Shown piece after piece: positions 27,078 to 37,416 of a DNA stretch of 52,791 nt. This DNA is from a virus (lineage: Duplodnaviria; Caudoviricetes), in the IMG/VR virus record IMGVR_UViG_3300035150_000010, positions 1-52,791 of that record; one strand, 5' to 3'. The translations under genes and the position numbers were made by a program. The notes under the pieces are model-generated. The model was not told where the DNA came from and did not search any database. It saw only the letters and a program-made list of their open reading frames with translations. Within the stretch, counting starts at the first letter, position 1; each line of letters starts with the position of its first letter.

Positions 27078-27398
27078 ATGGTTGATATCAATAAAGATTT
27101 CCCGATATTCAATGCGGTTGTCACCAATAAAGATGGGCGCAACATTTTCTCCGCATTCGCTCAATGGGAACTGGTTTCCAAGCTGGCGAAGGCTGGGATC
27201 TACAATGTCGATATTGCTACGGAATCAAACTCTGTCGAGCGGTACTGCATAGAAATTACAGCCGATATCAATCTCGACCTGTTCCGGATCAAGCCTAAGT
27301 TAGGATTTTCTCGCAAGCGCGACGGCGAATGCATGTATGGCGCTGATGAGCTGGGCAGAGAGAAGGGCGTTGGCAGGTTCGGTCCGTTTGGTGCGTGA
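27078..27398 (+). CDS. Hypothetical protein
   Basis: GAGGAG RBS; first gene of the rightward operon. Confidence 0.55.
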   Translation: MVDINKDFPIFNAVVTNKDGRNIFSAFAQWELVSKLAKAGIYNVDIATESNSVERYCIEITADINLDLFRIKPKLGFSRKRDGECMYGADELGREKGVGRFGPFGA

Positions 27399-27784
27399 TC
27401 TGTCCAATTGGAATTGGAGGACGCAGCATGACCGACGACATGTTCATAACCAGAATGAATCTCAAAGACTTGCGCGGCTATGAAAAGGCAATCTCAACTC
27501 GCCTTACGAATGGACGCCTTGAGGCAGAGAACGATTACAAAGGCAAGCTACATGCTCTTACTCTTCTGGAGGAGACAAAGCTTGCAGTGCAGGACAGGAT
27601 TAAGGAATTGGAGAGCAACAAATGACTGACCGCCTCATCTACACACCCACACGCGAAGGCATGACCTTGGGGCAATTCATTCTGTCCGCATTGACTGGTC
27701 TTTTCAGTCTCACAATCATTGGAACAGTTGCGTTTGGCTTTTGGGTCATGACGCCGTGAAAGGGAAGACCCATCCTAACCCCTC

Positions 27785-27852
27785 GTGCGGCTTCCTCCTC
27801 CCAGCCGTCACAGAAGCCACTGGTGAGGTATCTCCTCCCTATGCCTCACCGG
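27785..27852 (+). ncRNA. Cuckoo/alpha-r14-like sRNA (two hairpins with CCUCCUCCC / CUCCUCCC loops)
   Basis: CGGCU-UCCUCCUCCC-AGCCG and GGUGAGG-UAUCUCCUCCCUAUG-CCUCACC, intergenic. Confidence 0.65.
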
Positions 27853-28257
27853 GGAGAGATTGAAAGGAAAGAGAAATGCCAAAATGGTTTGACAACGCAG
27901 TCGAAGGACTTGAGCGCGACCTTGAAGAAGGCGCGATCAGTCAAGAGGAGTTCAAAACCTTGATGCGCGAGCTTCAGAAGGAACTTCGCGAAGGTGCCGA
28001 AGAAGCGGCAGAACAGGCCCGTCAAAATTATTACGACGACTGGTAAGATAACCCCACCACTTGGCCGGTCTGGCGGACCTATAAGACCGGCCTCTTATCC
28101 GCTCTTGCAGGTTGGTTACCTGATTAAACCCAAGAGCAGTCGAGGTGAAGTGGCCCCGCGTCACCTCTGGATTAACAGACCGCAGAAGGATGCGGGAGCG
28201 GGGCCCTTTTTCAAAGCTCATCCAGTGGGCTTCGGAAAGGAACGAAAGGGAAAGATA

Positions 28258-29079
28258 ATGACAGCATTGAAGACAATTGATGGGGCTCATACAAACATTC
28301 ACGCGGCCCTTTGCGCCGCTCAGTCGGAGATAAAAAACCCGCCCAAGGAACGCGAGGCGGAAGTCTACAGCAAGCGCACCAACGCTAAATTCAATTACAA
28401 ATATGCCGACATTTCTGATGTTCTGGAAACCATCCTACCGGTACTGACAAAGCACGGGATTGCCGTTGAACAATCAACGCGAATTGAAAAGGAATCCATG
28501 ATCTTAACGACGACCTTGGCGCATGGCGCCTCCGATACGCACATATCGTGCGATTACCCGGTCTGCTCTCTGAACGGTGATCACCAGCAAATGGGCGGCG
28601 CTCTCACATATGCTCGCCGATATGCTCTCTGCACCATGGCAGGCGTAGCCCCGGCCGAGGATTTGGACGGAGCCGACGCGGCTAAGTCAGGTGATGGTGA
28701 TCGGAAACAGATGTCTGCCCAGCAGGCAAAGAAGGAAATCAACTGGGACGCCATCATTACCAGGATCAGAAACGCGCCATCTCACAAGGTTCTCGATGAG
28801 GCAAAAGCCTTCGTTGAATCGAACAAGGGCTATTGGCCGGCGTCTTTCGTGTCCAGCGCATTGGAGGAGATCAGTACACGCCGCGGTGAGGTTGATTATC
28901 AGGCGCGTGCATCCGAGGCGAAGGATGATCCAAGCATCATAGCTGATCTTCTTCGCGAATGCCGGACAGTCAGCGGCGTTGAGCATCTTCGGGCGACGTT
29001 GATACAAGTTGGCGTTTCAACTGACGCCGTCGAGGATGAATTCGACTTTCGTAAGGCGGAAATAGAGGCTGGACAATGA
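28258..29079 (+). CDS. erf: ERF-family ssDNA annealing protein
   Basis: AL..AQ.EI.NP.K...YKYAD...QQMGGALTYARRYAL....G.A..EDLDG. Confidence 0.9.
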   Translation: MTALKTIDGAHTNIHAALCAAQSEIKNPPKEREAEVYSKRTNAKFNYKYADISDVLETILPVLTKHGIAVEQSTRIEKESMILTTTLAHGASDTHISCDYPVCSLNGDHQQMGGALTYARRYALCTMAGVAPAEDLDGADAAKSGDGDRKQMSAQQAKKEINWDAIITRIRNAPSHKVLDEAKAFVESNKGYWPASFVSSALEEISTRRGEVDYQARASEAKDDPSIIADLLRECRTVSGVEHLRATLIQVGVSTDAVEDEFDFRKAEIEAGQ

Positions 29080-29408
29080 GACTGATAACCGACAAGCACG
29101 TTCATGCAGCGTTTGAATGGCTTGAGGCCCACGCCAATTCGGCAGCCAAGGCGAAGGCTGATCGCATCCTTGCGGAACATGCCGTCAAGAAAACAAAGGC
29201 GAGACTGTTCAAGGACGCTGATGGATCTGTCGGTTTTCGTGATGCCTATGCGGATGCACATGAAGACACGCAAAAGGCCGTAGATGCGCTTGCGGAATCC
29301 GTGGAGCGCGATGAATGGCATAGGGCTCACCGCGCAAAGGCAGAGGCCATCATTGAAGCCTGGAGGACGGAACAGAGCAATTTCAGGGCAATGGGAAAAG
29401 TTGGATAG
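29076..29408 (+). CDS. Helical recombination-associated protein (UvsY-like)
   Basis: Follows ERF; ...IEAWRTEQSN.R C-terminus. Confidence 0.55.
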   Translation: MRLITDKHVHAAFEWLEAHANSAAKAKADRILAEHAVKKTKARLFKDADGSVGFRDAYADAHEDTQKAVDALAESVERDEWHRAHRAKAEAIIEAWRTEQSNFRAMGKVG

Positions 29409-29417
29409 GGAAACTGC

Positions 29418-29639
29418 GTGATGAAGTGGCAACCGATAGAAACAGCGCCGAAGGATCGCTCGTTTCTAATAGCTGAAAATATGGGAAGCGACAAAAAGCC
29501 AAACTGGTTTTTTGATGTTGCATGGTGGGAAGGTGCTTTCTTTTCTTACATTATTGACTCGCGCGGACCAGATCACTTTATAGCGGTTGAACCTGATGCT
29601 ATGTGGTGCGAATTGCCAAACCCTCCGGAGAGTGCGTAA
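29418..29639 (+). CDS. DUF551-like small phage protein
   Basis: WQPIETAPKD...W.ELP.PP. Confidence 0.75.
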   Translation: MMKWQPIETAPKDRSFLIAENMGSDKKPNWFFDVAWWEGAFFSYIIDSRGPDHFIAVEPDAMWCELPNPPESA

Positions 29640-30007
29640 TGTCCAGACGTGAATTCAGCCGCAAGCTTCGCGCCCAGATCATCCTACGCGCAACGAACGA
29701 AAACGGACAGATAGTCTGCGAAAATTGCGGATTGGTTCTCGGGAAGAAGCCGTACCAGGTAGACCACATCCTAGAAGAAGGGCTTGTCATTGATCAGAGT
29801 GCGCCCCTGACGATTGAAGACGGGCAGCTCTTAGGACAGGACTGCTGCCATAAACCGAAGACGCGTGAACGTACCAGAATGATCCGCAAGGCAGATCGAC
29901 AGCAAGACAAGTCTACTGGCGCATTCAAGAAAAGCTCGCGCCCGATGCCGGGGACAAGGCGCAGCGGGTGGAAGAAAAAGCTATCAGGTGAGGTCGTCAG
30001 ACGCTGA
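29639..30007 (+). CDS. HNH-type endonuclease
   Basis: MSRREFS...CENCG...VDH...CCHKPKT. Confidence 0.75.
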   Translation: MSRREFSRKLRAQIILRATNENGQIVCENCGLVLGKKPYQVDHILEEGLVIDQSAPLTIEDGQLLGQDCCHKPKTRERTRMIRKADRQQDKSTGAFKKSSRPMPGTRRSGWKKKLSGEVVRR

Positions 30008-30017
30008 CTGGTGATCC

Positions 30018-32022
30018 TTAAAATGGGAATATTTCTCGCATAATCCGCTCCTTATGAGTCACGTAGTTGCCGCCAAACTGACTGCAACTGTTACAAATCC
30101 AATTGCCTCGTAACCAGATAGGAAAGAGGCCGAAGCTCCGAACAAAACAAAACCGACATACAAACGCCATTTCCACATGTCCGGCTCCTCTGTTTATGAG
30201 ATAGTTTTCGAAACCGTTGTCTCGATAGTTATGCGAACGGGTTTTAGGGTGCGCATGTCTGGTTGGTAGTACCACGGCATCCCGTTATTATTTCGAGCTG
30301 CCTCAATAGCTTCATCTGCGGACTTGAAATACCCGTGCTCCGGTTCTTTGCTTGTCCAGCTTGCATACCCAAACTCCGGCTCGATTGTCAGCCATATGTA
30401 TTCTTCTGGCTTAGGGCCGACACCACGCGTATCGCGCTTCGATTGTTTTGCCCGACAAGTCCACCTATCATCCATCGTTGTCGTCATGCCAGCGCTCCCT
30501 ATAAGTCACGTTCGATTTTTGGAACTTCTCGAATATCCAACACCCTGACGGTGCCGTCTGGCAGCATCTCGACTTCGCACTCTGTTGTTATGTCGTCGCG
30601 CCCGTAATCGACGCCGACGAATATCGGATTGCCGTCCGAGGTCAGCTTATACACCATGCCGTCGTTCCGCCTGGACATCGACATCCGCTCCTTTATTTTA
30701 TTCTATATCTGACTTTTTCAGCTTCCTGCTCAACTCGTTTTGCCCATTCAATCGTAAACCCATGACCAGAAGTACAATCCTTGTGACTTGCAAGAAGGCT
30801 ATCGAAAGCCTCTTCGAGTTCGCGTATTCTCATTTCTAAATCAGCTTTTGTTTGGCGCATGTCGGCTCCTTAGTTTATCGACGGCTTCTCGGACATATAT
30901 CCATGAGCGAAGGCTACAGCCTCAGCTATGCTACCGAATGAAGCGACGATTTCAGCAACTCTTTTTTCGATTGCAGATTGTGTCATTTGAAGCGGATAAG
31001 CATCTTGGATGACCATCATTTCCAAGACCTCTTCATCCGTGACACCATCATAGAGATCAGGCATATCCGTTCCTTATTTTTTATCTAAATTTTCGAATTT
31101 AGCTTTCAGACGCTCATATTGATCCCGCTCAAGTTTATCACGTTCTCTTTCTTGAGCTACTTGCCTACGCTCTTCCGCATCCCAAATGCCCTCCTTGACG
31201 TTCAGATACCCCTCTAGAAAACACTTCTTGATCCAGTTTGCTACACGCTTGTCAACGAACTCAATATCGTCGTCTTCTTCGAGATTTAATGAACAATCAT
31301 ATGCGTCCTCAAATCCGCCCATTGAAAACTCAGCTTTGAAATGGAAACGAAAATCTCCCATTGCAGTGGCTCCTCTAGTCTCGATCCATTTTCCAAAATT
31401 TCTCAGGAGCCGGACCGATACGGGCTAATCCACCTGGCTCCTGCTGTTCAAGATGAACAGTAAGATTGAAACGGGACTTCGCTTCGAGAACAGAAATCCC
31501 TTGCGCACATATATCGTGCTCCAATCCTTGCACTATCCAATGCTCGCCTTCTTTAAAGGTGACGGTTTGCATAGTCTCGGCGCTCCCTATGAGTCACAGT
31601 TGAATTTCCGCCAACCGGTGAACCGGCCGCACAGTCCATGCCAGGTCCAGCCGCCGCTGTTGTGGTCGATCCAGTGGGCTCGCACTGGGGCAATCCAACC
31701 GTCACGAACCGGCCGATCAGAGAATTGAGCGTTCAAGTGCTCGCACTTGGCAATGATCGGTGTTCCATCCTTCGGCGCTGTTTCCATTGGCTGCCAGTCC
31801 ATGTCGGCGCTCCTTATTTTGTTACCGAATTCTCAAACGGCTTAAAAATCAATTCGCAATATTCAATGGTGCTGGCATCTTCAAATCCGTCATCATCCTC
31901 GCTTGCGTCAGAGAACCATGTGCGGTGAACTACGACGCGCTCACCAATCCAAAGGACGCGGGCAATCTCATCACCTATGATGTATGTTTTGCCGACCTCA
32001 AGGCTCATTTCCGCCGCTCCTC
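30018..32022 (-). other. Leftward block of about 8-10 small accessory ORFs (includes DUF551-like 31587-31802 and a weakly HicB-like 31375-31572)
   Basis: Tightly packed 60-100 aa ORFs with GGAGCG-type RBSs. Confidence 0.65.
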
Positions 32023-32567
32023 TATCTTCGACCCGGTTTCCGACCGGATTTTCCAAGATGCTCCCTGATCCTGGAATCGGACCACTTGTAAGCACACTTG
32101 GCTTTGACGGCGTTCCGCGCGTCTCGGTCAGTCCTGTAAGATACCGTGTCGCGCCAGATTGCCAGCGCCTCTCTGATATCCTCTTGCGAGGGCGGTGGTA
32201 TCTGTGGCCGGCCGCGCCCTTGCTTCACCTGTCGAACGCCGGCAAGGGCGTCCAGAACGTCACGAGACAGCCTGCCTGCATCCTTCATCATGTCATACTG
32301 CGCCCCGGAGTTCACTACGTGGATCGTCGTTCCCTCGTGCTCCAGAAGCTCCAGAAGCTGCATTGCGTTCTTACGTGGCTGGTAGCCATTCGAGCGCTCA
32401 TAAGCGAAACACTTGAGGGAATAGACCGTGAGAGACTGACCAGCCCTGACACTTGACACGTATTCATGTGTCGGCTCTTTCAGTATGCGGTCGCATTTCT
32501 TCAAGAATTCCAACTGCTTGGAAGGTGGCGGCAGGTCACTGCGCTTTGTCGTCAATCCGTATTTCAT
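32022..32567 (-). CDS. Degenerate serine resolvase-like protein with C-terminal HTH
   Basis: Q...L..C.RI..E and VRAGQSLTVYSLKCFA resemble resolvase RPGDTLVV.KLDRL; canonical Y.RVS catalytic motif not evident. Confidence 0.45.
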   Translation of the reverse strand: MKYGLTTKRSDLPPPSKQLEFLKKCDRILKEPTHEYVSSVRAGQSLTVYSLKCFAYERSNGYQPRKNAMQLLELLEHEGTTIHVVNSGAQYDMMKDAGRLSRDVLDALAGVRQVKQGRGRPQIPPPSQEDIREALAIWRDTVSYRTDRDARNAVKAKCAYKWSDSRIREHLGKSGRKPGRR

Positions 32568-32867
32568 ACTGTCTTGTAATATTTCAAAAAATGTTTGTCA
32601 ACATCATTGACACGAATATATCCAGGCATTAATATTTGGTCATTGACTAGGAAATGAGTCAAGCATTTTGCTGATAAAATGGAGGCGGAAATGACCCGTA
32701 CGGCGAGCTGGTTGCAGACCGAAAGGGGTTAGAGGGTCCAGGGAATGCCGCCAGCAATCTTGGCATCGGGCCAATGCCCTAGAGCTACTTATGTGTGAAT
32801 GAAGATTGTGGCCCTGAGCATGGCTCTAAAAGGCTCACAGAATTTAGAAAAAGGACGCCCGGAAGTT

Positions 32868-33793
32868 ATGACGTACTGGACCGATTATCCATTTGTTGAG
32901 CTTGGAGACGAGCCCGGAAAAGAAGCGCCTATTCGGAAATGTGACTTGATCAGCTACGATCAGGACAAATACGTCATGTTGCGGGTTGAAGGCGTCACAA
33001 CGGACATCAAATCTGGTTATGTCTACACACGACCAGGGCGTTGCGGTGAAGTCCCATCGGTCAGCCGAGATGTCCTTCACTCGCTACCTGTCACAACCTA
33101 TGAAAACTGAGGCCCGTCTGGGCAGGAAGGATTGGAAAATGGAACTTCCTCTGATTGTAGAAACCCGCGATCTGAAAACGGGTGAACTGGAAAGCTCTAA
33201 GACCATTGATCACGCTGATCGTGATGACCGCGTTTGGCTCGGTCGCCACTGCTTTTGGGCGTTCCGTAATGGCCGCTCTGTCACTACCTATGCGAAGCAG
33301 TAAGGAAGGCCCGTTATGGACTGGCGAACAGACATGAAAAACGCACCTACTGACACGCCGCATCTTCGTGGCGTTTGGGTGATCAATGCGCGAACTCAAC
33401 AGCCCACTTATTTCGAGGCAAACTCTGGCTACATAGACGATAGCGGCGAGTTCGTGAGCTTTAACGGTGACGAGTTCGGCTGGCATCCGAGTGAATATAC
33501 TCACTGGTCTCCGCTGCCCGATACGCCAGCCCCGCCAACCCGTGACTTTTGAGGCCCGGCAGATCATGACTGAGAAAGACTACAATCAAGTCATCAAAGA
33601 CGGCAAAGCCGTGATCGTAAATTGCGACTTTGGTTTCATGACCAGGGTAACACCCCTCGAAAATGGTAGAGCAAAAATTGAATGCACTGTCGACGCTTGG
33701 GAAATTCGCGGACAAGCAGAGGCCGAGTACGTGCGCAAAGCAGTCGATAGTTGGTCAAAACGGCTGGCAGAATACGACAACCGCAAACCATAA
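32868..33793 (+). other. Rightward block of four small accessory ORFs
   Basis: ORFs starting MTYWTD, MELPLI, MDWRTD (DUF551-like) and MTEKDY. Confidence 0.6.
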
Positions 33794-33847
33794 CTACAAA
33801 GGCCCCAATGAGCGCATACACCGAAGACGCTAAGGACCGCATCAATT

Positions 33848-33890
33848 ACAGGTGTAACACTCAGGGAAATCCCCTGAGTGTTACACCTGT
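33848..33890. repeat. Perfect 19-bp inverted repeat with 5-nt spacer
   Basis: ACAGGTGTAACACTCAGGG-aaatc-CCCTGAGTGTTACACCTGT. Confidence 0.95.
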
Positions 33891-33978
33891 GGTTTCTTTA
33901 GCAATATCAAAATAAGTTGCTACCTTATCCATGTAACCAAACCGCAAACCGATATGGCTTCAATTATAGGGAAATCAG

Positions 33979-34341
33979 ATGAATACGCAGACATCACAGA
34001 CGGTTGAGACAACGGGCAATATTTCGCAAAAACTGGAAAAGGCCCTTGCCCGCATCGAACGGATGACGGCAACGATGCAAGGCCTGATTGAACCGGAAGT
34101 TTCCCCAAACCCCGGCCAGATTCAAAAGGCGGCTTATTCCATTAGCGAGGCAGTGAAGGTTTCCGGTTTCGGCAGATCGAAACTGTTTCAGGCGATCCAC
34201 AACGGCGAATTACAGGCGCGCAAGAATGGGAAAAAACTCATCATACTGCATAGCGACCTAATGGATTTTCTGGAAAATCTGCCGGTTGCTTCCCCGAAGT
34301 TGGGTGACCGCCTAACAACGGCAGACCAAAAAAGCTATTAA
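33979..34341 (+). CDS. Excisionase-like HTH_17 DNA-binding protein
   Basis: AYSISEA...SGFGRSKLFQAI..GELQARK.GKK.II...DL..FLENLP. Confidence 0.85.
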   Translation: MNTQTSQTVETTGNISQKLEKALARIERMTATMQGLIEPEVSPNPGQIQKAAYSISEAVKVSGFGRSKLFQAIHNGELQARKNGKKLIILHSDLMDFLENLPVASPKLGDRLTTADQKSY

Positions 34342-34396
34342 ACGCTTGATACATCTGTAGATAGCGTTAGCAACAATAGTAAATGTGATACCGCGT

Positions 34397-34861
34397 TTAA
34401 ATCGCAGAACGTATAAGATTATAAGCGCGTCGATAAAAAGGGATGCGGCCAATAAATTTTCTTTTGGCAGCATCTCCAATAAAGTCATCAGTCACCAAAA
34501 GAATCTGGATCAAGAGAAAAAGTTCTGTCCACGCCCACATTACCCCTTCTGCGATTATTCCATACGATGCAGTGACAGCAACCAGAATGCGTAGAGCATA
34601 ACAAAATGCAATCAAATTTGTAATTGTCGAATTTGCATAAACGCACACGGCCGCCGCAATAACTGTTCCGACACCTGAGTAAATTACGTCACCGGTTATC
34701 GTGACAAGTTGAGCACCAATCCAGCTAATCGCGAACGCAGCAGCAACAAATTTCCCATCATGTCGCCCCGACAGGATTGCGGTTAATGACGACGCAAGAA
34801 TAAGAACAAGAAAGAAGATGTTCCACGGCCCCAACGTCCAATCACTAACCGCAATTTCCAT
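34397..34861 (-). CDS. Multi-pass membrane protein
   Basis: 4-5 hydrophobic segments. Confidence 0.65.
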   Translation of the reverse strand: MEIAVSDWTLGPWNIFFLVLILASSLTAILSGRHDGKFVAAAFAISWIGAQLVTITGDVIYSGVGTVIAAAVCVYANSTITNLIAFCYALRILVAVTASYGIIAEGVMWAWTELFLLIQILLVTDDFIGDAAKRKFIGRIPFYRRAYNLIRSAI

Positions 34862-34864
34862 GTG

Positions 34865-35278
34865 CTATCGACCCCCGCCGCTTCCATATTGTTTGAAATC
34901 TTCATTGGTAATTGTACGGTATCCAAGATGTTTTATCAAGATCCGCAATTGATCGTGTCCCGCTGCAATGGTCCAAAGAATGCGCCGCCTTTTCAGGAAC
35001 GGCATTGCGCCCTTCACGTCCTGCAATTCTTCCGCAGCAGAGTAGAGCAAATGCATACCCTGCCCAGGTTCCATCATAAACATGTCGGTGTCCTTGGCGA
35101 CAATATCGATGGCCTTTTCGATATAGCGCAGCCCATCTGCCATGAAGAAATAAGCGTGCTCAAGCGACGTGTCTTTGTATTTGTCATGACCACGTAGCAG
35201 AAGCCGCGCCTGTGTAATCCAGTATCCGCCTTTAATTGCTTCAACGGGCGGTTCTTTATGGTCGTGATGGTGTGTCAT
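34865..35278 (-). CDS. Hypothetical protein
   Basis: ORF at the end of the lysis block. Confidence 0.5.
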   Translation of the reverse strand: MTHHHDHKEPPVEAIKGGYWITQARLLLRGHDKYKDTSLEHAYFFMADGLRYIEKAIDIVAKDTDMFMMEPGQGMHLLYSAAEELQDVKGAMPFLKRRRILWTIAAGHDQLRILIKHLGYRTITNEDFKQYGSGGGR

Positions 35279-35383
35279 TTTACTGCCTTTATGATTGCTT
35301 CTGATACGTGAATGTCGGTGTCTTTTGTCACCGTGTCTATAATGCTAAACAGGGATAGAGCCAGCAGGAGATATGCTAATGCC

Positions 35384-35593
35384 TTACTTACCAAGACCGC
35401 CCCCACTCCAAATGCGTGAAAACGCGTCCAATAGCTGTGCAAGGATAGCGGCACCAACGGCGAGGTAGATTTTCCACCTTGTCGATTTTTCTTCTTTTCT
35501 CGAAACCTCAACCTGAGTTACGCGATAATCAAGGATTCGATTATCTGACTCAAGTTTTGAGATCCTGTCGCCGTGGTGGTCGTCTTCTATCAT
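35384..35593 (-). CDS. Small coiled-coil plus TM protein (holin/XhlA-like)
   Basis: RISKLE...C-terminal TM segment; lysis block. Confidence 0.5.
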   Translation of the reverse strand: MIEDDHHGDRISKLESDNRILDYRVTQVEVSRKEEKSTRWKIYLAVGAAILAQLLDAFSRIWSGGGLGK

Positions 35594-35601
35594 AACCTTG
35601 C

Positions 35602-35962
35602 CTAACGCTTCTCAAACGGCCTCGTAAGGAAGTACGCGCCAATGGTGGCCGTGACAACCCACCTGACAAGTTCACCAGGCTCGGGCGTTATGCCCCAACC
35701 TAGAACGGTATCCCATACGAGAATCTTCCAGACAAAGATGACAACAGGCGCAGCGAGTGCAGGGCGAATCCAACGGGTCATCCAACTGCCTTGCTCGGCA
35801 ATCAGGATATCCCGGCGCGCTTCAAGCTGAGCAATCTTTTCCTCGGCTTCGATACGCCTTGCGTCATTCTGAGCCTCGGCCTTGATCCGCTGCCAATCGT
35901 TAATCTGTTTCCCGATGGCAGCAATGCCGCCACTAGTAAGCCATGAAAGGATACGCCCAATC
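35602..35962 (-). CDS. Holin-like membrane protein (3TM type)
   Basis: W.TRWIRP...KILVWD.VLGWG.T...IGAYF..R.FEKR. Confidence 0.65.
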
Positions 35963-36161
35963 ATTCCCGATGTCCGATCCTGGTGGTCGTCACGCTGCGG
36001 AGCCACATGTTAACAAGGGCCATGCCTAGCGCATACCAAGGAAGCCACTCTTGCGGCATGACTTGGGTAAGTTCCGTTAGCTCCATAACCGGCATAACCG
36101 ACAACAGGATGTTGATGATGATCGTACGATATCCTTTAAGCTTCTGAGTAAACCACTTCAT
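35961..36161 (-). CDS. Small two-TM lysis-module protein
   Basis: LKGYRTII.N...N.WLRSVTTT. Confidence 0.6.
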   Translation of the reverse strand: MKWFTQKLKGYRTIIINILLSVMPVMELTELTQVMPQEWLPWYALGMALVNMWLRSVTTTRIGHRE

Positions 36162-37360
36162 TAGAACAGGCTCCCTAGCCAAGTTGTGAATTGATCCCAA
36201 TACCGGGCGGCAATCGCGCCGACTGAGACGGAGACGACGCCGACGACGGCAGGGGCTGTCTTGCCGGAAAGTTCTTTCGGCAATGAGACGGGTGGATTGT
36301 CGCCGCCGTATTCAAGCAGGGTGACGTAAAACGTTTTTTGCTTGTGCCGGTCCAGGAGTCCTTTAACGAGCTTGTAAAACTCGTCCCACTGGTGCGGTGG
36401 TATGGTGAGACATCCGAGAGACGATGTGCCGTTGACGCCGCCCCGGTGCAGATTGACGTAGAACATGCCGGTATCGTCGCCGACCCCGTCACGGACGACC
36501 GTGCAAACCTCGTCTTGCCGGAAGGCTGGATACCCCTTCCCACGGCTGATGCCGTGCAACCCGGGCCGATATCTGATCGCCTGGGGCGCCTTGATCGTCG
36601 CGACACGCGACTTGTAAACGGCCGGATCGGAGTTGCCATTGAACGCTTGGACGCCATCAGGTGAGGCAACAAAAACTGCATCATCATACATGGCGCGATC
36701 GTTCTCGCCCTTGCGGCCCATTGAGTTTATGAAATAGCCGCGGACGATCAGAACCTTGACCGGATCGTTCCGGTATTTTTCCGGCGTCAGGTGGGAGAAT
36801 TTTTTGAGGACCACGCGCGTCACATCGTCCGCCTGCTTGGGCCGGTAAAGTGGCAGGATCTTGGATGCCGGGTTTTTCTCAGCATTGCCCGGCGATTGCT
36901 CTGGCATACCCTCAAAAGCGGCACGCGCGGCGCCGGCACGTTTTTTGGCCGTGACAAGCACCTTATCTGAATAGTCCGGATCGGTCGCGTATCGGCCGTG
37001 AACGCCATTGTCGAGGCCTTTGGCTGCTTCGGCGATGGTCTTGGCGTTGTAGGTGTCCGGCCATTTCGCCTTGATCGTGGCGAGGTGATCGCGCACGCTG
37101 TCCTTGCGGTCGTCGTAGGCCCGGAACTTGTCAACAATCTTCTTGCGCTTCCCGTTGATCACCTCGTGCGTGACGAAATCGACCGTCTCACCCTTCCAAG
37201 ACGGGCCAGCCTTGATGCCGAAATAAGAGTTGCCCTTGATGGACTTGCCCCATCCGGTCTCGATTGCCGACTGCGCAGCCGCAATTGACGCCTGGACATG
37301 ATTTGCTTCAGCGCCGCGCGCATCCAGGTAAACTTGGTTGAAGTAATCTTGTGCGGTCAT
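36161..37360 (-). CDS. Modular endolysin: GH73 glucosaminidase + YkuD-like peptidase domain + C-terminal TM
   Basis: AAQSAIETGWG, N.YFGIKA, FRAY, YATDPDY; NLHRGG...SSLGC; hydrophobic C-terminus. Confidence 0.85.
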   Translation of the reverse strand: MTAQDYFNQVYLDARGAEANHVQASIAAAQSAIETGWGKSIKGNSYFGIKAGPSWKGETVDFVTHEVINGKRKKIVDKFRAYDDRKDSVRDHLATIKAKWPDTYNAKTIAEAAKGLDNGVHGRYATDPDYSDKVLVTAKKRAGAARAAFEGMPEQSPGNAEKNPASKILPLYRPKQADDVTRVVLKKFSHLTPEKYRNDPVKVLIVRGYFINSMGRKGENDRAMYDDAVFVASPDGVQAFNGNSDPAVYKSRVATIKAPQAIRYRPGLHGISRGKGYPAFRQDEVCTVVRDGVGDDTGMFYVNLHRGGVNGTSSLGCLTIPPHQWDEFYKLVKGLLDRHKQKTFYVTLLEYGGDNPPVSLPKELSGKTAPAVVGVVSVSVGAIAARYWDQFTTWLGSLF

Positions 37361-37416
37361 GATTCCACCTTTCAGGCATAATCTGAACCCTCGACGACAG
37401 CGTCGTCGGTTGGAAC

